Positions 49,155 to 54,826 of a DNA stretch of 54,826 nt are shown here, in pieces (the first letter of the stretch is position 1; each line of letters opens with the position of its first letter). A program made the position numbers and the translations under genes. Source of the DNA: Octopus bimaculoides (Eukaryota); the NCBI RefSeq assembly GCF_001194135.2, contig NC_069005.1, forward strand, positions 29,586,645 through 29,641,470. Reading direction: 5' to 3'. The notes beneath the pieces were generated by a model, which searched no databases, had not been told where the DNA came from, and was given only the letters and a program-made list of their open reading frames with translations.

Positions 49155-49350
49155 TTCCCCCGTGCTGGTGCCACGTAAAAAGCACAGAGTCCACTCTGCA
49201 GAGTGGTTGGTGTTAAGAAGGGCAGCCAGCCGTAAAAACCCTGCCAAAACACACACAGTAGCCTGGGGTAGTCTTCTACCTGGCCAGCTCCCGTCAGCTG
49301 TCCTACCCTTGCATGCATGGGAGACAGACATTAAATGATGATGACGATAA
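49155..49350 (+). mobile_element. RTE 3' UTR fragment
   Basis: GTGCTGGTGCCACGTAAAAAGCAC...GAGTGGTTGGTGTTAAGAAGGGCAGCCAGC...ATTAAATGATGATG. Confidence 0.8.
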
Positions 49351-49762
49351 GAACTACTCCAATTACCAAATCATTCCTCAAGTTTTCTCAACCATTTTCA
49401 GTCATCAAACATACCAGACAAAGATGGTTGGAAGGTACAGAAACTTACTGTTTCCTAAAGCTTGATAAGATATAAGTTTTTAATGTTCTGATTTCCTCAG
49501 ACCCTTAGGATTCAAAGACCCAAACAGCTGAGTTTTTTTCTTCTCTTTTTTCCCTAATTTTGCTCTGATATACAACAAAACCCCAGGTATCGGGACCACA
49601 TTTCAATGCCCTTCCATCTTAAAAACAAGCTCAAGAACAATGAGCACTAACCATTTTTTTTCCAGAATGTCAATCCACTGGAATTTCTTCCCTGCCAATG
49701 TTGTTCCTGCAGCCGTCATCTGACAACGGTCCAAGAAGGACATGGGACTGTGTTTGTCTCAC

Positions 49763-49812
49763 CAGACTTGGGGTGGCGGAGGCTGCAAAGTCCATGAGAA
49801 CACTGCACGCCT
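49763..49812 (-). other. Candidate minus-strand exon (50 nt to a GTGAGA donor, or start of a terminal exon)
   Basis: A long poly-T tract precedes CTTAATATTTGATCCAG|AGGCGTG. The donor-like CTG|GTGAGA follows after 49763. No homology recognised. Confidence 0.22.
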
Positions 49813-49829
49813 CTGGATCAAATATTAAG

Positions 49830-49860
<31 letters not shown>

Positions 49861-50789
49861 AAAACCCTTGTAAAATTCACTGTCTCCTATGATCCCAGCT
49901 TCACTCATCATCATCAATGTCTACTTTTCCATGCTTGCAGGGGTCAGGTGAAAATTGTCGAGGGAGATTTTACATGCCTGGATACTTGTGCCACCAACCC
50001 ATATTTGTTTCCAAGCAAAGTAATATTTTCCTCACGGCCAGATATGTTCATACAGATGGTGGGAGACAAATGACAAAATGACGCTGCCTGTCTGATGCAA
50101 TATCAAGACAAGGAGACACATAGAAACATTCACCTATATATATATATGTGTGTGTGTGTGACAAGCTTCTTTCATCAGCCTGCCCAAAGTTCCATACAGT
50201 AGGATTAACCCATAAAACTCTTTAGTTGGGAAGCCAATTTCTGAACCACAGAGCCATGTCCACATCTCACACAATATCTAACTGGTTATTCTCATGTCCG
50301 CAGCTGGCTTGAGTAAAATTGGTATAGATAGGCATCTGTGGGTCTCAAAAGAAGACCGTGGATTTGTGCCCGGAAAATTTTGTGTCAGTTGTTGAAGGTA
50401 GTGCAGTGTCTGCTGCAGTAGAACAGGCCTACATGAGAGAGGGAACTATATACACATGTTTATATAGAAAACATGTTGTTCAGCTCTACAACATGGAGCT
50501 ACACACATGCTTATGTAATAGTAATATATTTAATTCATGTTTTGATTGCAACAGAGGGCCGTGACTTCATTAACCAAGACATAAACTTGGCAGGAGAGAC
50601 TTGCTGCACTGAACAAATGCTTAGAATGTTAATGTTCATTAGATTCTATCCAATAACAACTGATAGCATAAGGGGAGAAAGTGTGTCGGTAAAACAATCA
50701 AAAAACCTTTGATTTCATACAGAGATAAGCACAAGGCCTTCACAGACGGGAGATATGTTGCGTGAGTTTGTGCTAATTAATGCCTTTCT

Positions 50790-51110
50790 CTAAGATCTTG
50801 GCATTCGGTTACGATGAGGGTCTCAGTTGATCTGAGCAGCAGAACAGCCCGTTCGTGATATTAACATGTTAGTGGCTGAGCACTCCACAGACACGCATAA
50901 CCCTTAAAGTAGTTCTCAGGGAGATTCAGCGTCACACAGAATGCGACAAGGCTGGCCTTTAGAAATACAGGTATAACACATTTTTACCAGCTGAGTGCAC
51001 TGGAGTAATGTGAAATAAAGGGTCTTGCTCAAGGACACGTGTCGCTGAGAATTGAACTCACAACCTTACGACTGTGAGTCAAATGCCCTAACCATTAAGC
51101 CACAGGTCTT
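50790..51110 (-). mobile_element. Family C SINE (short-head variant)
   Basis: Collinear with 5505-5826. Confidence 0.85.
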
Positions 51111-51330
51111 CTCCACAGATCAACCTCATCCTTGATTAAACAGATCTATAATCAAAGACAACCCTACTATGACCATCCTGTGTCTTTTTAAGTTTCAACT
51201 TTTTAATATGTAGGACTATATTATTCCAAAGTATCCTTCCATTTTTTTTTTTTATTCAGACAGCAGAGTACATTATTTTGAGGGAGATTTAGCTGCTATT
51301 TCTAGCAGACCGAGTGACATCACAAAAGTG
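51110..51330 (-). mobile_element. SINE-like repeat (family D)
   Basis: TGACCATCCTGTG...GAGGGAGATTTAGCTGCTATTTCTAGC. Confidence 0.5.
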
Positions 51331-51733
51331 CTCATGTTGGGTCATTCTCTAAGATGTCGGTGGATGCAATACCGAAATCTTGTTCCAAAGAGAAATGACC
51401 CACCACCATCCCACCATTAACAACAGCTTTGGCACCAGATTGAGGGGTACCCCCTCACCAAAAAGAAACCAATCTCCTTCCCTGGACACGGGCATGTCTG
51501 TGTGGTCAAGAACTTTGATTTTACAACTACGTGATTTGGAGTTAATCCTACTGTGTGGCACTGTGCACAAGCATTTTCTACAATATATATATATATATAT
51601 GTTGTGTGTGCGTATAATTAAAAATGAACCCCTTTGTATGTGTTTGTGAGTATACAAGTAACCCTTAATATACCTGTATTTGACTTTTCTATCTGTTTTT
51701 TTGGGAAGGTTTAACCCTTTGGCATTTCAACTG

Positions 51734-51781
<48 letters not shown>

Positions 51782-52612
51782 TTTGAAGTTTTTGTAAAAA
51801 GTACTCGATACAATCGCAATATTTAAGAGAGATTTAAAAAATTTAGCTATTTAAAAATACCTTTATATTAATATATTACTTATCTAACACACACACCATA
51901 TATATATATGATGATGATGATGATGAAGGCAATAAGCTTCAAAGTCATTGGCGACCTTTTCCTAGTAAAAGTTTTAACAAACGTGTGTACTCTTCTAGGG
52001 TATGGGGTAAATCTTTAATTTAATGTTAAATTGTTTTATATATAACTTGAATTAAAAAGGAAAACAAGCATTAATATGTGTGTCTGTGTGTCTTTGGTTT
52101 GTGTCTACACCACTTAACAACTGGTGTCGGTTTGCTTTGGTTCTGTGTCATAGACACAGTTTTTACTGTTTATATGTAACTCTTTATTATACTTTCATGT
52201 AAAAACTACTTTTCCCCATCCTCCTATATTTTTGCTCAGTTATGTTCCAAACACCAATGTGATTTTGGAAAAATTATTTCAACAAAATTGTCCAAAATTT
52301 TGAAGTATTTTTTTACAAATTAATTAAAACACAAAGGTAGTGCATGCCATTAAATATATGGTCTGAAAAGGGGTTGAAATTAACAGTACTGCCAGGTAAA
52401 TCACTAATGCTGAATAAGGACTTCAGCATAAAGAAGGGGACTCTTGGTTTTAAGGATGGTTTTGTGGCACCAAGAAGTACTGGTGGTAGCTTGGCAAATT
52501 CTGCAATCCATTGGAGAACTACTTGAGAATAGATAATATGTGAACAGAACATGCACAACATAATGCAGTGGTGGCGAGAGTGGCAAACTACTGAAGTAAA
52601 TCTGCAAAGCAG

Positions 52613-53044
52613 AGTTAGCCCAGTGTTAAACTGGCCGTATCTTCCATCTGTTTTATATCCAAAACTGACCAGATCTGGCCTCTTCCACATATCCTACTTC
52701 ATTCTAAAAATAAACAATCACATCATTGAAATCTCAAAGCTACAAGATTATATATGATTAACCCTTTAGTGTTTGCATTATTCTGCCAAAATTAATGCTT
52801 TTTCATCCACATTGTTTTGAACTAATCATGCATTATCTTGTAGCTATGAGATTTTGATGAGGTAGCTGTTAATTTTAAAAACGATATTGTAGGGTTGGTG
52901 TGAGAGACCAGATTTGGCCAGTTTGAACATAAAACAAGCAGAATACTTTTGGCCGGATATGGTCGGTTTAAATGCTAAAGGGTTAATTGAAACCAATGGG
53001 AATAAATAAGCATTACATTTGACAGTAATCTGTATGCTAAAGGG
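52613..53044. mobile_element. Outer TTAA MITE (opposite orientation) split by an insertion
   Basis: The two halves 52613-52761 and 52983-53044 rejoin to match the 6684-6897 copy. The right end is TGCTAAAGGG|TTAA. Confidence 0.75.
52762..52982. mobile_element. piggyBac-like MITE with TTAA duplication
   Basis: TTAA|CCCTTTAG...CTAAAGGG|TTAA. Confidence 0.92.
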
Positions 53045-53239
53045 TTAATTCTTGGATTCTTACTCAACTCACTTCGCATTCATTTCACCTCTGTTTCCCC
53101 TAGTTGTTAATAGACTCAAGAAAAGGAGAAGAATGGCTGTACCAGGCTCACTTTCCACACACCACATGAAGACTATACTTTTAATGGTAAACCAATGATT
53201 CACGAGAAAACCACAGTATCATTTCCATTGTTGTCTAAC

Positions 53240-53480
53240 ATATCCTTTTTTACCATACTGGCATGGATTGGACGGTTTGGTATGAACTGATGAGTCAGAG
53301 AGCTGACTGTGAGCTCCAGTATCTGCTTTGGGCATGGTTTCTACAGCTGGGTGCCCTTCCTAACACCAACACCACTTCAAAGAGTGTACAAGGTGCTTTT
53401 TTCTATGGCACCGACACCAGTGGGGTCACAAAAGATCTGCAAGACAAGACCCCACTTGACCGAGTGTGGTATAATATCGG
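53240..53480 (-). mobile_element. RTE 3' UTR fragment
   Basis: CCATACTGGCATGGATTGGACGG...CAGCTGGGTGCCCTTCCTAACACCAACC. Confidence 0.75.
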
Positions 53481-53857
53481 AGGATATAGAACCAGAACAT
53501 TTTAACACGCACACACACACACACGTCCTAAGCTCCTTTCTTCCTCAGGTTAAAGGAAGGTATTTAAGATAAACACAGAAATCAATAGAAAATATGTTGA
53601 GTTATGAGAAGGTTTTTTTTGAATATTTTACAAGTTTCTAGTTCTGCAATATTACAAGATATCCTTAGCAAACAGACAGGTGAAGAACATTGTATGTTAC
53701 CATTGTTATAGAGCTTCGTTACCAAGTAGAATCTAAGTCGCTAATCTCTATTACAAAAGACAGATGGTCATCAGATTGTATTCCTAAAAAAATTTTTTAT
53801 TTTGAAATAAAAACAGTTTGTGCAACATTTTCAAAGAATAGTGGCTTTTCTCACATG

Positions 53858-53893
<36 letters not shown>

Positions 53894-54073
53894 TCATAAT
53901 TAAACCAAAAAATGGATGATTTTTTTTTTAATGAAAAAGTAAAAATAAAATCTTTTTAAATCACATTAACCCGTCTTTCTCACATATACAAACACACACA
54001 NNNNNNNNNNNNNNNNNNNNNNNNNNNNNNNNNNNNNNNNNNNNNNNNNNNNNNNNNNNNNNNNNNNNNNNNN

Positions 54074-54123
<50 letters not shown>

Positions 54124-54788
54124 GCGTACACAAAAGAACAGTTGTCTCACACAGGGTTAGATATCTATGCATGCGTGTATATATGTATACATACATACAC
54201 ACACGTATATAGATAAAAAAAAAAACAGTGCAGTTCACTGAGTTTGAAGAAACATAATAAAATCAAAAACGAAAACATAAGACAAACTTTGGTACTGCAG
54301 GCTGCCAGTTTGCTCAAAGTGATTTCAAAATACAACTTGATTGTCTGACTATAAGCCTGTTCCCGCTAATAGGCAGATAGCTAGGGTAAAACGGAGACCG
54401 ACAGAGGGGTCAGCACGGCTGATTCCTTCCCTATTCACTGACATATGACAGCTACATACTGCTCAATATCACTTGCATTTGTGCAATTACCACAGCAGAC
54501 TATGATCTTAGAGCATGGAGGGCGACAGATCGGATAACAGGAGTACAAGGAACTCTCTTTGTCCTGAATGTTAAAAGGCATCTTTTTAACAGATGAGGAT
54601 GCTGCATATCTGGGGTGTAGGACAGTACGGCTTAGATCTGAGTGTCTCTTTTCACCACCCTCTGCCATCTTATGCAGCAGATAATCTTTGCTTCCCAACC
54701 AAAATGCTGACTGCTGCACCAAGCATCACCATTGTCACAACTACAGATATCACCTCCGACAGACATATGTATGCACATACACACACAC

Positions 54789-54826
<38 letters not shown>

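Noticed and set aside
50358-50712. Two overlapping plus-strand ORFs
   Set aside because: They are short with no recognisable homology, and the splice signals are ambiguous on both strands.
52313-52690. 125 aa minus-strand ORF and the overlapping DCRICQ-containing ORF
   Set aside because: The first third is MITE sequence, and CRIC is not followed by the remaining RING-CH ligands.
53287-53311. CTGATGA followed by a perfect GTCAG-agag-CTGAC hairpin
   Set aside because: The hairpin is followed by TGTG rather than GAAA, and it lies inside an RTE tail, so it is not a hammerhead.
11298-54238. Long ORFs containing runs of X (e.g. 12761..14047, 25703..26890, 34753..36003)
   Set aside because: These are artefacts of reading through N gaps and flanking microsatellites.
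54435-54722. Cys-containing 95 aa minus-strand ORF
   Set aside because: It has no recognisable domain or cysteine spacing pattern. It is kept only as an unexplained unique island.

Overview
This is AT-rich eukaryotic genomic DNA from a draft assembly. It has 14 N-gaps (about 6 kb), most abutting microsatellites or tandem arrays. The interspersed repeats (tRNA-headed SINEs, RTE LINE tails, TTAA MITEs) resemble those I recall from Octopus genomes, so an octopod cephalopod is the likely source; this is recall, not a search. No protein-coding gene can be identified. The ORF track consists mostly of N-gap read-through, low-complexity sequence and repeat antisense. The recognisable coding-derived sequence is all transposon fossils: a mariner transposase (about 8.3-8.8 kb), a Tc1 transposase C-terminus (15.5-15.7 kb), a restriction-like endonuclease (RLE) from a non-LTR element (13.8-14.1 kb), and RTE endonuclease/RT pieces (30, 36, 39.5 kb). 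The first ~5 kb is CpG-richer and promoter-like, with minus-strand splice donors and a possible MGNAPS... first coding exon. The rest looks like intron/intergenic sequence with a few candidate micro-exons. The most interesting signal is three different hammerhead-ribozyme-like motifs between 6.4 and 10.8 kb. One is a G3:C8 core variant with a palindromic stem III. One occurs once per unit in a ~350 bp tandem duplication, a retrozyme or Penelope-LTR-like architecture. One is a degenerate core in the loop of a 36 bp inverted repeat. All three were folded by eye, and all genomic copies carry mutations. Most repeat boundaries are approximate (within a few tens of bp).
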